Source: Escherichia coli
Lineage (GTDB): Bacteria; Pseudomonadota; Gammaproteobacteria; Enterobacterales; Enterobacteriaceae
DNA length: 64,000 nt
Direction: 5' to 3' (one strand)
Assembly (NCBI RefSeq): GCF_041248615.1
Contig: NZ_CP158426.1
Made by a program: the position numbers and the translations under genes. Of the stretch, positions 12,918-25,985 are shown piece by piece. Each line of letters begins with the position of its first letter. Position 1 is the first letter of the stretch. The notes below the pieces were generated by a model. That model saw nothing but the letters and a program-made list of their open reading frames with translations, searched no databases and was not told the origin of the DNA.

Positions 12918-12961
12918 ACTTCTCAATTTCTTGCTACACGGCGGAGACTACATAAAGTAGT

Positions 12962-13037
12962 TGGTGGGTGATGACGGGATCGAACCGCCGACCCCCTCCT
13001 TGTAAGGGAGGTGCTCTCCCAGCTGAGCTAATCACCC
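12962..13037 (-). tRNA. valU: tRNA-Val (anticodon UAC)
   Basis: Third identical 76-nt tRNA-Val unit, first gene of the valU-valX-valY-lysV operon. Confidence 0.9.
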
Positions 13038-13295
13038 CCGCTGTGTGGATTCGCATTATAGGGAGAGTTCAAAATGAGTCAACGCATTTTCTAAAGAAAT
13101 TGTTCGTTCGTCGTAAATTTAAGCAAGATGATCGCAAAACAGACCGTGTTGCGCAATTTGTCAACGAAAACAATAATGCGTAAGGTTGCAACCCGAACTA
13201 CATTGAGGAATCAGGCGGGAGTGATAGAATATCGCCCACTCAATTTTTCCAGGATTTGCCGGTTGTCGGCATCTTTCTAAACGTAAGGCCATTTC

Positions 13296-14711
13296 ATGAA
13301 AATCAAAACTCGCTTCGCGCCAAGCCCAACAGGCTATCTGCACGTTGGCGGCGCGCGTACTGCTCTTTACTCCTGGCTTTTTGCACGTAACCACGGCGGT
13401 GAGTTCGTGCTGCGTATTGAAGACACCGATCTTGAGCGTTCCACGCCGGAAGCTATCGAAGCCATTATGGATGGCATGAACTGGCTGAGCCTGGAGTGGG
13501 ATGAAGGTCCGTACTTCCAGACCAAACGTTTTGATCGCTACAACGCGGTGATCGATCAGATGCTGGAAGAGGGCACTGCTTATAAATGCTATTGCTCTAA
13601 AGAGCGCCTGGAAGCGCTGCGCGAAGAACAAATGGCGAAAGGTGAGAAGCCGCGTTATGACGGTCGCTGCCGCCACAGTCATGAGCATCACGCTGATGAT
13701 GAGCCGTGTGTCGTACGTTTTGCTAACCCGCAGGAAGGTTCTGTTGTTTTTGACGATCAGATCCGTGGTCCGATCGAGTTCAGCAACCAGGAACTGGACG
13801 ATCTTATTATCCGCCGTACCGATGGTTCCCCAACCTATAACTTCTGTGTGGTTGTCGATGACTGGGATATGGAAATCACCCACGTTATCCGTGGCGAAGA
13901 CCATATCAACAACACGCCACGCCAGATCAACATTCTTAAAGCCCTGAAAGCGCCGGTACCGGTTTACGCGCACGTTTCTATGATCAACGGCGATGACGGC
14001 AAAAAACTGTCCAAACGTCACGGGGCAGTCAGCGTAATGCAGTATCGTGATGACGGTTATTTGCCAGAAGCACTGCTGAACTATCTGGTGCGTCTGGGCT
14101 GGTCCCACGGCGATCAGGAAATCTTCACTCGTGAAGAGATGATCAAATACTTCACTCTGAATGCCGTCAGCAAATCTGCCAGTGCGTTCAACACCGACAA
14201 GCTGCTGTGGCTGAACCATCACTACATTAACGCGTTGCCGCCGGAGTATGTTGCTACTCATTTACAGTGGCACATTGAGCAGGAAAATATCGATACCCGT
14301 AACGGCCCGCAGCTGGCTGATCTGGTGAAACTGCTGGGCGAACGCTGCAAGACGCTGAAAGAGATGGCACAGAGCTGCCGTTATTTCTACGAAGATTTTG
14401 CTGAGTTCGATGCCGACGCCGCGAAAAAACATCTGCGTCCGGTAGCGCGTCAGCCGCTGGAAGTTGTTCGTGACAAACTGGCCGCGATTACTGACTGGAC
14501 CGCTGAAAACGTTCATCACGCTATTCAGGCGACGGCGGATGAGCTGGAAGTGGGTATGGGTAAAGTTGGTATGCCGCTGCGTGTCGCCGTAACCGGTGCG
14601 GGGCAGTCTCCGGCACTGGATGTTACCGTTCACGCAATCGGTAAGACCCGCAGTATCGAGCGTATCAACAAAGCGCTGGCTTTTATTGCTGAACGCGAAA
14701 ATCAGCAGTAA
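13296..14711 (+). CDS. gltX: Glutamyl-tRNA synthetase
   Basis: 471 aa with class I HIGH-type motif ([24 protein letters not shown]) and KLSKR. Confidence 0.95.
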
Positions 14712-14727
14712 TTAGCGCATAAAAGAT

Positions 14728-14760
14728 AAACGGCAGGAGAGATACCCCTGCCGTTTTTTA
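14728..14760. terminator. Terminator between gltX and yfeD
   Basis: cggcagg-agagataccc-ctgccg hairpin followed by TTTTTT. Confidence 0.6.
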
Positions 14761-14761
14761 T

Positions 14762-15154
14762 TTATTCTGATTCATCTATGTCGAGACGAGCAAGGAAATG
14801 ACGAATTCCTTCGCGTGACAAAAATTGCGCAACTTTTTCCTGCTCACTGTGAGTCATGTTGTCTATTGCGCTGATGATTTGCCGATAAGCAGGAGTGCGA
14901 ATCCCCGGTGCGTATTCGGCAAGGGGTTCTTCGGCTTCCAGAAGCATCGGCGTGTTATGGAAGGCTGGCGTGTTCTGAATAAACTCGCAAACTTGCGTAT
15001 CGACCAGAATAAGTCTGGCACGACCGCCTTTCACGCCAGGAAATTTTTCCGTTTTCCAGCCTTTTTCTCTGATCCAACGGTTAACAGTTTGTTTAGCCAC
15101 ACCGAGGCATTCAGCCAGTTCTTCGGTGGTCATTTTATTGCGTAATCTTTTCAT
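14762..15154 (-). CDS. yfeD: Putative DNA-binding protein (DUF1323)
   Basis: 130 aa, paralogous to the adjacent yfeC (shared LAxxxGxxxQTVNRWIRKEGW motif). Confidence 0.8.
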   Translation of the reverse strand: MKRLRNKMTTEELAECLGVAKQTVNRWIREKGWKTEKFPGVKGGRARLILVDTQVCEFIQNTPAFHNTPMLLEAEEPLAEYAPGIRTPAYRQIISAIDNMTHSEQEKVAQFLSREGIRHFLARLDIDESE

Positions 15155-15155
15155 A

Positions 15156-15500
15156 TTATTTGCTATCGCGAATCCCTAAGCGTTGTAATAATCCGATAAT
15201 CCCTTCCCGCAGAAGCAAGGATGTAAACTGTTTTTGTTCAACTGGCGTCATCTCTTTCGCCAGTGTCACCAGCAACACTTCAAGCGGCGCATCACCAGAC
15301 AGGGCAGGCGCTTCTCCCTGACCTTCTGGACGTTCAGCATTGAGAATATATTCACGAACCTGTTCATTGACGTGAACCAGTCGGGCTTTGCCACCCTGGA
15401 CGCCTGGTTTTGGTGACGTTGTCCAGCCTTCCTTGCGTACCCATTTATTAATGGTCTGGCGGCTATAGCCGGTCAGTCTGGCAAGTTCATCTGGCGTCAT
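15156..15500 (-). CDS. yfeC: Putative DNA-binding protein (DUF1323)
   Basis: 114 aa from MTPDELARLTGYSRQTINKWVRKEGW; track start 15515 is an over-extension. Confidence 0.8.
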   Translation of the reverse strand: MTPDELARLTGYSRQTINKWVRKEGWTTSPKPGVQGGKARLVHVNEQVREYILNAERPEGQGEAPALSGDAPLEVLLVTLAKEMTPVEQKQFTSLLLREGIIGLLQRLGIRDSK

Positions 15501-15735
15501 CCTCTCCTTGAACATAACAATTCCCTGAATGTATGTGGGTCTATTAGTCGTTCATTTTATAACACCACTTTACAGGAAACCGTGACATGAATAACTACTG
15601 AATGCGAGCGGTTTTCCAAAATTGGTCATTTGCCTGATTTTTCAGCGATTGAAACTACACGTTGCAATTTGCCGTTGACACATTCGGGCGGAATTCATAT
15701 GATGCCGCCCGTCAACTCGACAAGCTTTACGTGAC

Positions 15736-15811
<76 letters not shown>

Positions 15812-15850
15812 AATTTTGCACCCAGCAAATTTGGTACGTAAACGCATCGT

Positions 15851-15926
<76 letters not shown>

Positions 15927-16133
15927 AATTTCAAACCCTCGCTGTAAAGCGGGGGTTTTTTGTCTCTGCTTTTTGCCGCTTTTGTAATACAGTCTACGTC
16001 CGGGTTAGCGCCGCCTGGTGAAAGCATCATTGGATGAAAAATCGGCAACAGGCTGGCCCCTGTTTGCTTCGCGATGCGAATAAACTTATTATTTGTGTGC
16101 CTGAAAACCCCGATCAGTGAGAGTAGTGTACTC

Positions 16134-18323
16134 ATGTTTGTGGAGCATAACCTGATAAAAAATATCAAGATATTCACACTAGCGTTTACGCTCACCGTGG
16201 TACTTATTCAGCTATCCCGTTTTATTTCGCCACTTGCCATTATCCATTCCAGTTATATCTTTCTGGCGTGGATGCCACTGTGCGTAATGCTGTCAATCTT
16301 GTTTATCTTTGGCTGGCGCGGTGTCGTCCCCGTTTTATGCGGGATGTTTTGCACCAATCTGTGGAACTTTCATCTCTCTTTTTTACAGACTGCGGTCATG
16401 CTCGGCAGCCAGACGTTTGTCGTGTTGTGTGCCTGCGCAATATTACGCTGGCAGCTGGGGACGCGTTGGCGTTATGGATTGACCAGCCGATATGTCTGGC
16501 AACGTCTGTTCTGGCTTGGTTTGGTGACGCCGATCGGCATCAAATGCAGCATGTATCTTGTGGGGAGCTTCTTTGATTTCCCGCTAAAGATATCCACCTT
16601 TTTCGGCGATGCGGATGCCATTTTCACGGTCGTTGATTTGCTAAGCCTTTTCACCGCTGTGCTGATTTACAACATGCTTTTCTACTATCTCACTCGCATG
16701 ATTGTAAGTCCCCACTTTGCGCAGATATTGTGGCGCAGGGATATCGCTCCGTCGTTGGGCAAAGAGAAACGCGCATTTACCTTAAGCTGGCTGGCAGCGT
16801 TAAGCGTGCTGCTACTTCTGCTGTGCACACCGTATGAAAATGACTTTATTGCCGGTTACCTGGTGCCCGTTTTCTTCATTATCTTTACCCTCGGGGTCGG
16901 TAAGCTCCGCTATCCGTTTTTAAATCTCACCTGGGCTGTTTCAACGCTTTGCCTTCTGAATTACAACCAGAACTTTTTGCAAGGGGTGGAAACCGAATAT
17001 TCGCTGGCATTTATTCTCGCGGTGCTGATTTCCTTTAGCGTTTGCCTGCTCTATATGGTGCGCATTTATCATCGCAGTGAATGGCTTAATCGCCGCTGGC
17101 ATTTGCAGGCGCTGACCGATCCGTTAACGCTCCTACCCAACTTTCGTGCGTTAGAACAAGCGCCGGAGCAAGAGGCGGGCAAGAGTTTTTGCTGCCTGCG
17201 CATTGATAATCTTGAGTTTATGAGTCGTCATTACGGCTTAATGATGCGCGTTCACTGTATCCGATCAATTTACCGTACGCTGCTGCCGTTGATGCAGGAA
17301 AATGAAAAGTTGTATCAATTGCCGGGTAGTGAACTGCTGTTAGTGCTGAGTGGGCCGGAAACGGAAGGGCGACTCCAGCATATGGTTAACATCCTGAATA
17401 GTCGGCAAATTCACTGGAACAATACCGGGCTGGATATGGGCTATGGTGCTGCCTGGGGGCGTTTTGATGGAAATCAGGAAACCCTGCAACCCTTGTTGGG
17501 GCAGTTAAGCTGGCTGGCGGAGCAATCCTGCGCACATCACCATGTGCTGGCGCTGGATAGCAGAGAGGAGATGGTTTCCGGGCAGACCACTAAACAGGTG
17601 CTATTGCTGAATACCATTCGCACGGCGTTAGATCAGGGTGATTTGCTGCTCTACGCCCAGCCAATTCGCAACAAAGAGGGTGAAGGTTATGATGAGATCC
17701 TCGCGCGACTGAAATATGACGGTGGCATTATGACCCCGGATAAGTTTCTGCCCCTTATTGCTCAGTTTAACCTTAGCGCGCGTTTTGATTTGCAAGTGCT
17801 GGAATCCCTGTTGAAGTGGCTGGCAACACATCCTTGCGACAAAAAAGGCCCGCGCTTTTCAGTCAATTTAATGCCGCTCACGCTGCTGCAAAAGAATATT
17901 GCCGGGCGGATTATTCGTCTGTTTAAGCGTTATAACATCTCCCCGCAGGCGGTCATTCTTGAGATCACCGAGGAGCAGGCGTTTTCTAACGCAGAAAGCA
18001 GCATGTACAACATCGAGCAACTGCATAAGTTTGGTTTCCGGATTGCGATTGATGACTTTGGCACCGGTTATGCCAACTACGAACGGTTAAAGCGTTTGCA
18101 GGCTGATATCATCAAAATTGATGGCGTCTTTGTGAAAGATATCGTCACGAATACGCTGGATGCGATGATTGTGAGATCAATTACCGATCTGGCGAAAGCG
18201 AAGTCATTGAGTGTGGTCGCGGAGTTTGTCGAGACGCAACAGCAGCAGGCGCTATTGCATAAGCTCGGGGTGCAATATCTGCAAGGGTATTTGATTGGTC
18301 GCCCGCAGCCATTAGCTGATTAA
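16134..18323 (+). CDS. pdeA: c-di-GMP phosphodiesterase PdeA (MASE1 / degenerate GGDEF / EAL)
   Basis: 729 aa from MFVEHNLIKNIKIF; N-terminal multi-TM domain and C-terminal EAL domain; formerly yfeA. Confidence 0.85.
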   Translation: MFVEHNLIKNIKIFTLAFTLTVVLIQLSRFISPLAIIHSSYIFLAWMPLCVMLSILFIFGWRGVVPVLCGMFCTNLWNFHLSFLQTAVMLGSQTFVVLCACAILRWQLGTRWRYGLTSRYVWQRLFWLGLVTPIGIKCSMYLVGSFFDFPLKISTFFGDADAIFTVVDLLSLFTAVLIYNMLFYYLTRMIVSPHFAQILWRRDIAPSLGKEKRAFTLSWLAALSVLLLLLCTPYENDFIAGYLVPVFFIIFTLGVGKLRYPFLNLTWAVSTLCLLNYNQNFLQGVETEYSLAFILAVLISFSVCLLYMVRIYHRSEWLNRRWHLQALTDPLTLLPNFRALEQAPEQEAGKSFCCLRIDNLEFMSRHYGLMMRVHCIRSIYRTLLPLMQENEKLYQLPGSELLLVLSGPETEGRLQHMVNILNSRQIHWNNTGLDMGYGAAWGRFDGNQETLQPLLGQLSWLAEQSCAHHHVLALDSREEMVSGQTTKQVLLLNTIRTALDQGDLLLYAQPIRNKEGEGYDEILARLKYDGGIMTPDKFLPLIAQFNLSARFDLQVLESLLKWLATHPCDKKGPRFSVNLMPLTLLQKNIAGRIIRLFKRYNISPQAVILEITEEQAFSNAESSMYNIEQLHKFGFRIAIDDFGTGYANYERLKRLQADIIKIDGVFVKDIVTNTLDAMIVRSITDLAKAKSLSVVAEFVETQQQQALLHKLGVQYLQGYLIGRPQPLAD

Positions 18324-18331
18324 CAGGCGTA

Positions 18332-18363
18332 AAAAAGCCGGGGAATGATCCCCGGCTTTTTTA
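18332..18363. terminator. Bidirectional terminator between pdeA and nupC
   Basis: aaaaaagccgggg-aatgat-ccccggctttttt. Confidence 0.65.
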
Positions 18364-18372
18364 TGTATGGTC

Positions 18373-19575
18373 TTACAGCACCAGTGCTGCGATTGACGCA
18401 GACAGCACACTCACCAGGGTAGAGCCGTAAACCAGCTTCAGACCGAAGCGAGAAACCACGTTACCTTGCTCTTCATTCAGGCCTTTAACCGCACCGGCGA
18501 TAATCCCGATAGAAGAGAAGTTAGCGAAGGAAACCAGGAACACAGAGATGATGCCTTCAGCACGCGGAGAGAGCGTGGAAGCAATTTTCTGCAGATCCAT
18601 CATCGCAACGAACTCGTTGGAAACCAGTTTGGTCGCCATGATACTGCCCACTTGCAGTGCTTCACTGGAAGGAACACCCATCACCCATGCAATCGGATAG
18701 AAGATGTAGCCCAGGATGCCCTGGAAGGAGATGCTGTAGCCAAACCAGCCAGTCACGGTAGCAAACAGTGCGTTCAGCGCGGCGATCAGGGCGATAAAGC
18801 CGATCAGCATTGCGGCAACGATAATGGCAACTTTGAAACCTGCCAGAATGTATTCACCCAGCATTTCGAAGAAGCTCTGACCTTCGTGTAGGTTGGACAT
18901 CTGAATGTTCTCTTCGCTGGCATCAACACGGTAAGGGTTGATCAGCGACAGCACGATAAAGGTGCTGAACATGTTCAGTACCAGCGCTGCAACGACGTAT
19001 TTCGGTTCCAGCATGGTCATGTATGCACCAACGATGGACATCGACACGGTGGACATCGCCGTTGCTGCCATGGTGTACATACGGTTACGGGAGATTTTGC
19101 CAAGGATATCTTTATAGGCAATAAAGTTTTCAGACTGACCCAGAATCAGGGAGCTGACGGCGTTAAAGGATTCCAGTTTGCCCATGCCGTTGACTTTGGA
19201 GAGCAGGAAACCAATTGCGCGGATAATCACCGGCAACACGCGAATGTGCTGGAGAATACCGATCAGTGCAGAGATAAAGACGATTGGACACAGCACTTTC
19301 AGGAAGAAGAATGCCAGGCCTTGATCATTCATGCTACCAAAGACGAAGTTAGTCCCTTCGTTGGCAAATCCGAGCAGTTTTTCGAACATTTCGGAGAAGC
19401 CTTTCACGAAGCCTAAACCAACGTCGGAGTTCAGGAAGAACCACGCCAGTAACACTTCGATAACAAGCAGTTGAATAACATAACGGATACGAATTTTTTT
19501 GCGGTCGCTGCTTACCAGCAGTGCGAGAATCGCAACAACGGCAAGTGCCAGTACAAAATGAAGGACGCGGTCCAT
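18373..19575 (-). CDS. nupC: Nucleoside:H+ symporter NupC
   Basis: 400 aa from [23 protein letters not shown]-family transporter. Confidence 0.9.
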
Positions 19576-19847
19576 ATTTGCTCCAAATATGAGGCAGGTT
19601 AAATTTCCGTGCACATTCTATGTAACATGGTTATGGAAAACGAGATCTGACACACACTATAATGACGTCCTGTGACCAGCTTCAAAAATAGTGAGCTGTC
19701 ATACATTTCTGCTATGTTGTGTATGGAAGCTGAAAGTTATGTAAATGTGCTAACATTAAACATAACCATAACATTCAAGTCATCAATCTTTTCGTAGTCA
19801 TAATCCTGGTCTATCAGAGAAATCACCACAACCCATTTAAATGAATT

Positions 19848-19861
19848 TGATAATCATTCTC
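19848..19861 (+). promoter_or_regulatory. Fur box-like site in the mntH promoter
   Basis: tgataatcattctc is one mismatch from the TGATAATCATTATC core of the Fur consensus; about 50 bp upstream of the mntH start. Confidence 0.5.
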
Positions 19862-19876
19862 GTTTGGCATAGCATG

Positions 19877-19898
19877 AAACATAGCAAAGGCTATGTTT
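19877..19898 (+). promoter_or_regulatory. MntR operator palindrome in the mntH promoter
   Basis: Near-perfect palindrome aaacatagc-aaag-gctatgttt immediately upstream of the mntH RBS. Confidence 0.6.
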
Positions 19899-19901
19899 TA
19901 G

Positions 19902-21149
<1,248 letters not shown>

Positions 21150-21176
21150 TTCAACTGGTGTCGCATTTGGCACCAT

Positions 21177-21268
<92 letters not shown>

Positions 21269-21289
21269 GTGCTCCATTGGCGAATGTGT

Positions 21290-21616
21290 TTAATGGCGGT
21301 GTCCATGTCCGCGGCCTTTTCCACGATGATCGTCACGATCGCGCCAGCCTTCACGATAGCCACGCTCATACGCCTTACGCTTATCCCAGCCACGATGGTA
21401 GCCATTATCATGACGCCACCAGCGGTTCTTACGCCATTCATAATTGCGATGCCAGTAGTCACGGTCGCGCCAGTGACCACCGTCCCAGTAATTACCGTAA
21501 TGATCGCGATCGCCAATTTGTAATTTGATCGATGGCAGTAGGGTGATTTCACCTGCGTTTGCCGCAAGCGGGGTAAATGCCATCAGGGCGGCCGCCAGAA
21601 ACAGTGACCTGAACAT
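21290..21616 (-). CDS. ypeC: DUF2502 periplasmic protein
   Basis: 108 aa with signal peptide [21 protein letters not shown] and an R/D/H/W-rich repetitive mature region. Confidence 0.8.
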
Positions 21617-21730
21617 TGTTATTCTCCTTCACGATCGAAGCCGTCAGCGGCCTGTTAACGCAATATTACGGGGAGGTAAAGCCCCGTATCATCGCCATAA
21701 CTCTTAAATCATAAAGGAGAGCATTATTTG

Positions 21731-22987
21731 CTAAACGTTATCGTGGGGTGGCTGTTGCTTCGGACGATTGACCATCATCATCGGCTTACCTGCTAATAAC
21801 AGCCATGCCGGAAGCATGACGATACAGAGCAGCGGTAGCAATGTGGTATTGGGTACAACGACTGCCGCCATAAAAAGACTTAACCAGCCATCGCGTGTTA
21901 CCACCAGCACGATGCCGAGAATAGCGCAGGAAACGGTTATTGCCGCTGGAACGGGGGGAACGTGCTCATGCAGCATCAACCCTAATGCCACGCCGACAAA
22001 CACTGCCGGGAAGATTCGTCCACCGCGAAAGCCACTGGCGGCAGCAACGACCAGGGCGGCAAGTTTAATCACCGCCAGCAAAAAGTAATCGCTGGTGCTG
22101 AAAGCCTGATTTGCCACCATCTGCTGCATCTCATCCAGCCCTTTAAACAGCGAAACTGGTCCACCCATAACCCCCAGAATACCGAGAATAAATCCGCCAA
22201 TACCCAGCACGAGCACCGGATTTTTCATTTGATGCATCATCGCGTGCAACCGTGGTAAGCACCATACGGCGACCATCCCTGCTGCGATGGCAATCGCCGC
22301 GACAATTGCACCGCTGAGAATATCGGTCATTTCCATCTGTCCGTAATGCGCAATGGGCAGTGAAAAATGGGGATGGAAAAATAATCCGGTAGTAAGTGCA
22401 CCAGCTGCTGCCGCCATTAATGGCGCAAAAAGACGATCCCATAGCGGAACTTCACTACTGCCATTTAAGGTTTGCGAAAATATCAACGCCGCCGCAACAG
22501 GTGTGCCAAACAGCGCGCCGATGGTGCCGGCAGAGGCTAAAATAGTCCACTCCATTCGGTTGACGCGCGGTAACAGACGAGCGCCAATGGCAACCGCAAG
22601 GGCGATATTGACGGTCATGATCGGATGTTCCGGCCCCAGGCTGACGCCGCCAGCAAGACCGAGAATTAATGCTACGATAAGTCCTGGTAGCGCAGAGGGC
22701 GGAACTGGTGCGCCGATCAGCGGTTCACAGGCGGGGTCTGGTCCGGCATGCCCCTGGCTGAAACGGATAACCAACCCCACCGCAATACCTGTTAGCGTTA
22801 ATATGGCGATGATCCAGAAAGGTGAATCCTGGGCTATCCCCAGAGTTCCCGGCAGTCGTTGCCAGAGCAAATTCTGTAATACCGAGGCGATTTTCATCAC
22901 CACAATCAGAATAAGACTGGACGCAATCCCAATTGCCACGGCGGGGAGCGATAATAACAACATGGTTCTGGCTCGCGGATGGAGCAT
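21731..22987 (-). CDS. yfeO: Putative ClC-family ion channel
   Basis: 418-aa polytopic membrane protein, recognised as YfeO. Confidence 0.85.
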   Translation of the reverse strand: MLHPRARTMLLLSLPAVAIGIASSLILIVVMKIASVLQNLLWQRLPGTLGIAQDSPFWIIAILTLTGIAVGLVIRFSQGHAGPDPACEPLIGAPVPPSALPGLIVALILGLAGGVSLGPEHPIMTVNIALAVAIGARLLPRVNRMEWTILASAGTIGALFGTPVAAALIFSQTLNGSSEVPLWDRLFAPLMAAAAGALTTGLFFHPHFSLPIAHYGQMEMTDILSGAIVAAIAIAAGMVAVWCLPRLHAMMHQMKNPVLVLGIGGFILGILGVMGGPVSLFKGLDEMQQMVANQAFSTSDYFLLAVIKLAALVVAAASGFRGGRIFPAVFVGVALGLMLHEHVPPVPAAITVSCAILGIVLVVTRDGWLSLFMAAVVVPNTTLLPLLCIVMLPAWLLLAGKPMMMVNRPKQQPPHDNV

Positions 22988-23190
22988 ATTCTATTCCTTA
23001 TGCGGGGTCAGATACTTAGTTTGTCCAGCTTGCAAAAAGGCATCGCTGCAATTGGTGCTGAAACGATAAAGTAATTGTGTGACCCAGATCGATATTTACA
23101 GGGAGCCTGCCTTTCCGGCGTTGTTGTTATGCCCCCAGGTATTTACAGTGTGAGAAAGAATTATTTTGACTTTAGCGGAGCAGTTGAAGA

Positions 23191-24156
23191 ATGACAAAGT
23201 ATGCATTAGTCGGTGATGTGGGCGGCACCAACGCACGTCTTGCTCTGTGTGATATTGCCAGTGGTGAAATCTCGCAGGCTAAGACCTATTCAGGGCTTGA
23301 TTACCCCAGCCTCGAAGCGGTCATTCGCGTTTATCTTGAAGAACATAAGGTCGAGGTGAAAGACGGCTGTATTGCCATCGCTTGCCCAATTACCGGTGAC
23401 TGGGTGGCAATGACCAACCATACCTGGGCGTTCTCAATTGCCGAAATGAAAAAGAATCTCGGTTTTAGCCATCTGGAAATTATTAACGATTTTACCGCTG
23501 TATCGATGGCGATTCCGATGCTGAAAAAAGAGCATCTGATTCAGTTTGGTGGCGCAGAGCCGATAGAAGGTAAGCCTATTGCGGTTTACGGTGCTGGAAC
23601 GGGGCTTGGGGTTGCGCATCTGGTCCATGTAGATAAGCGTTGGGTAAGTTTGCCAGGCGAAGGCGGTCACGTTGATTTTGCGCCGAATAGTGAAGAAGAG
23701 GCCATTATCCTCGAAATACTGCGTGCAGAAATTGGTCATGTTTCGGCAGAGCGCGTGCTTTCTGGTCCTGGGCTGGTGAATTTGTATCGCGCGATTGTGA
23801 AAGCCGACAACCGCCTGCCAGAAAATCTCAAGCCAAAAGATATTACTGAACGCGCGCTGGCTGACAGCTGCACCGATTGTCGCCGCGCGTTGTCGCTATT
23901 TTGTGTGATTATGGGTCGTTTTGGCGGCAACCTTGCATTGACGCTGGGAACTTTCGGTGGGGTTTATATTGCAGGTGGCATCGTGCCACGTTTCCTTGAG
24001 TTCTTCAAAGCCTCCGGTTTCCGTGCCGCATTTGAGGATAAAGGGCGCTTTAAAGAATATGTCCATGATATTCCGGTGTATCTCATCGTCCATGACAATC
24101 CGGGCCTTCTCGGTTCCGGCGCACATTTACGCCAGACCTTAGGCCACATTCTGTAA
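23191..24156 (+). CDS. glk: Glucokinase
   Basis: 321 aa, [23 protein letters not shown]/glucokinase N-terminus. Confidence 0.95.
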   Translation: MTKYALVGDVGGTNARLALCDIASGEISQAKTYSGLDYPSLEAVIRVYLEEHKVEVKDGCIAIACPITGDWVAMTNHTWAFSIAEMKKNLGFSHLEIINDFTAVSMAIPMLKKEHLIQFGGAEPIEGKPIAVYGAGTGLGVAHLVHVDKRWVSLPGEGGHVDFAPNSEEEAIILEILRAEIGHVSAERVLSGPGLVNLYRAIVKADNRLPENLKPKDITERALADSCTDCRRALSLFCVIMGRFGGNLALTLGTFGGVYIAGGIVPRFLEFFKASGFRAAFEDKGRFKEYVHDIPVYLIVHDNPGLLGSGAHLRQTLGHIL

Positions 24157-24374
24157 CTCCTTCCTGTTATATCGGGAGGTAACTCTCCCGATAATCTTTT
24201 AAATCATACAGTTAATTCAATTTTCCTTTGTGTCCCCTCACAAGGCCGACCTGCGTCACACTTCCGTACAGCGGGATTAATTCTCCAGTAAATGCATTAT
24301 TTGTCTGGTAACGGCGATTTGTTTTGCACGTTCATAATTTCACTCGTCAACTATCACTGAACGAGGAATTAACG

Positions 24375-24701
24375 ATGAGTAAGAAACTGATTGCTTTATG
24401 TGCCTGCCCGATGGGTCTGGCTCACACCTTTATGGCAGCCCAGGCGCTGGAAGAAGCGGCGGTGGAAGCAGGCTATGAAGTGAAAATTGAAACTCAGGGC
24501 GCGGACGGCATCCAGAATCGCCTGACCGCGCAGGATATCGCCGAAGCGACCATCATCATCCACTCCGTGGCGGTTACCCCGGAAGATAACGAACGTTTCG
24601 AATCACGCGACGTTTATGAAATCACTTTGCAGGACGCAATTAAAAACGCTGCGGGCATCATCAAAGAAATCGAAGAGATGATTGCCTCTGAACAACAGTA
24701 A
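24375..24701 (+). CDS. fryB: PTS fructose-like IIB component
   Basis: 108 aa from MSKKLIALCACPMGLAHTFMAA (phospho-Cys motif); track start 24324 is an over-extension. Confidence 0.85.
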   Translation: MSKKLIALCACPMGLAHTFMAAQALEEAAVEAGYEVKIETQGADGIQNRLTAQDIAEATIIIHSVAVTPEDNERFESRDVYEITLQDAIKNAAGIIKEIEEMIASEQQ

Positions 24702-24722
24702 TATTCGACAGGGATAATTGTT

Positions 24723-25970
24723 ATGGCCATTAAAAAACGCAGTGCAACCGTTGTGCCTGGCGCATCCGGTGCGGCAGCGGCAGTTAAGAATCCGCAGGCC
24801 TCTAAAAGCAGCTTCTGGGGTGAACTCCCGCAGCATGTGATGTCAGGGATTTCACGCATGGTGCCGACCTTAATTATGGGCGGTGTGATCCTCGCTTTCA
24901 GCCAGCTGATTGCTTATAGCTGGCTTAAAATTCCTGCTGATATCGGCATCATGGATGCTCTTAATAGCGGGAAATTCTCCGGTTTCGACCTTTCCTTACT
25001 GAAATTTGCCTGGCTGTCGCAGTCCTTCGGCGGCGTGTTGTTTGGTTTCGCCATTCCGATGTTTGCCGCTTTTGTGGCGAACTCTATCGGCGGCAAACTG
25101 GCGTTCCCGGCTGGTTTTATTGGCGGCTTGATGTCTACCCAGCCGACGCAACTGCTGAACTTCGATCCCAGCACTATGCAATGGGCGACCTCTTCGCCGG
25201 TGCCGTCCACCTTCATTGGTGCCCTGATTATTTCTATCGTTGCTGGTTACCTTGTGAAATGGATGAACCAGAAAATCCAGTTACCGGATTTCCTGTTAGC
25301 GTTCAAAACCACATTTTTGCTACCGATTCTTTCCGCCATTTTTGTCATGCTGGCGATGTACTACGTCATCACCCCCTTTGGCGGCTGGATCAACGGCGGT
25401 ATCCGTACCGTGCTGACTGCCGCAGGTGAGAAGGGCGCGCTGATGTACGCGATGGGGATCGCCGCGGCGACAGCAATCGACCTTGGTGGCCCGATCAACA
25501 AAGCAGCTGGTTTCGTTGCCTTCAGCTTTACCACGGACCACGTATTACCGGTCACCGCACGTTCTATCGCTATCGTTATTCCGCCGATTGGTCTGGGTCT
25601 GGCGACCATTATCGACCGCCGTTTAACCGGCAAACGTCTGTTCAGTGCTCAGCTTTATCCGCAGGGTAAAACCGCCATGTTCCTGGCGTTTATGGGGATC
25701 AGTGAAGGTGCGATTCCGTTTGCACTGGAAAGCCCCATCACCGCCATTCCGTCCTATATGGTTGGCGCGATTGTCGGCTCAACCGCAGCTGTCTGGCTGG
25801 GCGCAGTGCAATGGTTCCCGGAGTCCGCTATCTGGGCATGGCCGCTGGTCACTAACCTCGGCGTCTACATGGCGGGGATCGCGCTGGGGGCAGTCATTAC
25901 TGCGCTGATGGTGGTGTTCCTGCGTCTGATGATGTTCCGCAAAGGTAAATTGTTAATCGATAGCCTGTAA
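24723..25970 (+). CDS. fryC: PTS fructose-like IIC component
   Basis: 415-aa polytopic membrane ORF. Confidence 0.85.
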   Translation: MAIKKRSATVVPGASGAAAAVKNPQASKSSFWGELPQHVMSGISRMVPTLIMGGVILAFSQLIAYSWLKIPADIGIMDALNSGKFSGFDLSLLKFAWLSQSFGGVLFGFAIPMFAAFVANSIGGKLAFPAGFIGGLMSTQPTQLLNFDPSTMQWATSSPVPSTFIGALIISIVAGYLVKWMNQKIQLPDFLLAFKTTFLLPILSAIFVMLAMYYVITPFGGWINGGIRTVLTAAGEKGALMYAMGIAAATAIDLGGPINKAAGFVAFSFTTDHVLPVTARSIAIVIPPIGLGLATIIDRRLTGKRLFSAQLYPQGKTAMFLAFMGISEGAIPFALESPITAIPSYMVGAIVGSTAAVWLGAVQWFPESAIWAWPLVTNLGVYMAGIALGAVITALMVVFLRLMMFRKGKLLIDSL

Positions 25971-25985
25971 GAAGGAAAAATCCAG

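Noticed and set aside
12640-13037. Three near-identical 76-bp units with roughly 45-bp spacers, superficially like a short repeat array
   Set aside because: Each unit folds as a canonical tRNA-Val (anticodon UAC) with a CCA end, and the fourth unit is tRNA-Lys; this is the valU-valX-valY-lysV tRNA operon, not a CRISPR array
13161-14261. 366-aa ORF on the minus strand
   Set aside because: Entirely antisense to gltX, whose product is unambiguous; the antisense translation has no recognisable domain
16074-16133. 20-codon N-terminal extension of pdeA in the ORF track
   Set aside because: The protein as recalled starts at MFVEHNLIKN (ATG 16134); same reasoning applies to the nupC, lpxP, fryB, yfdE, xapR, yfeC and yfdF extensions
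21269-21567. Three overlapping ORFs (83-119 aa) on both strands
   Set aside because: They overlap ypeC, whose repetitive R/D/H/W-rich codons keep alternative frames open; ypeC, with its signal peptide, is the credible gene
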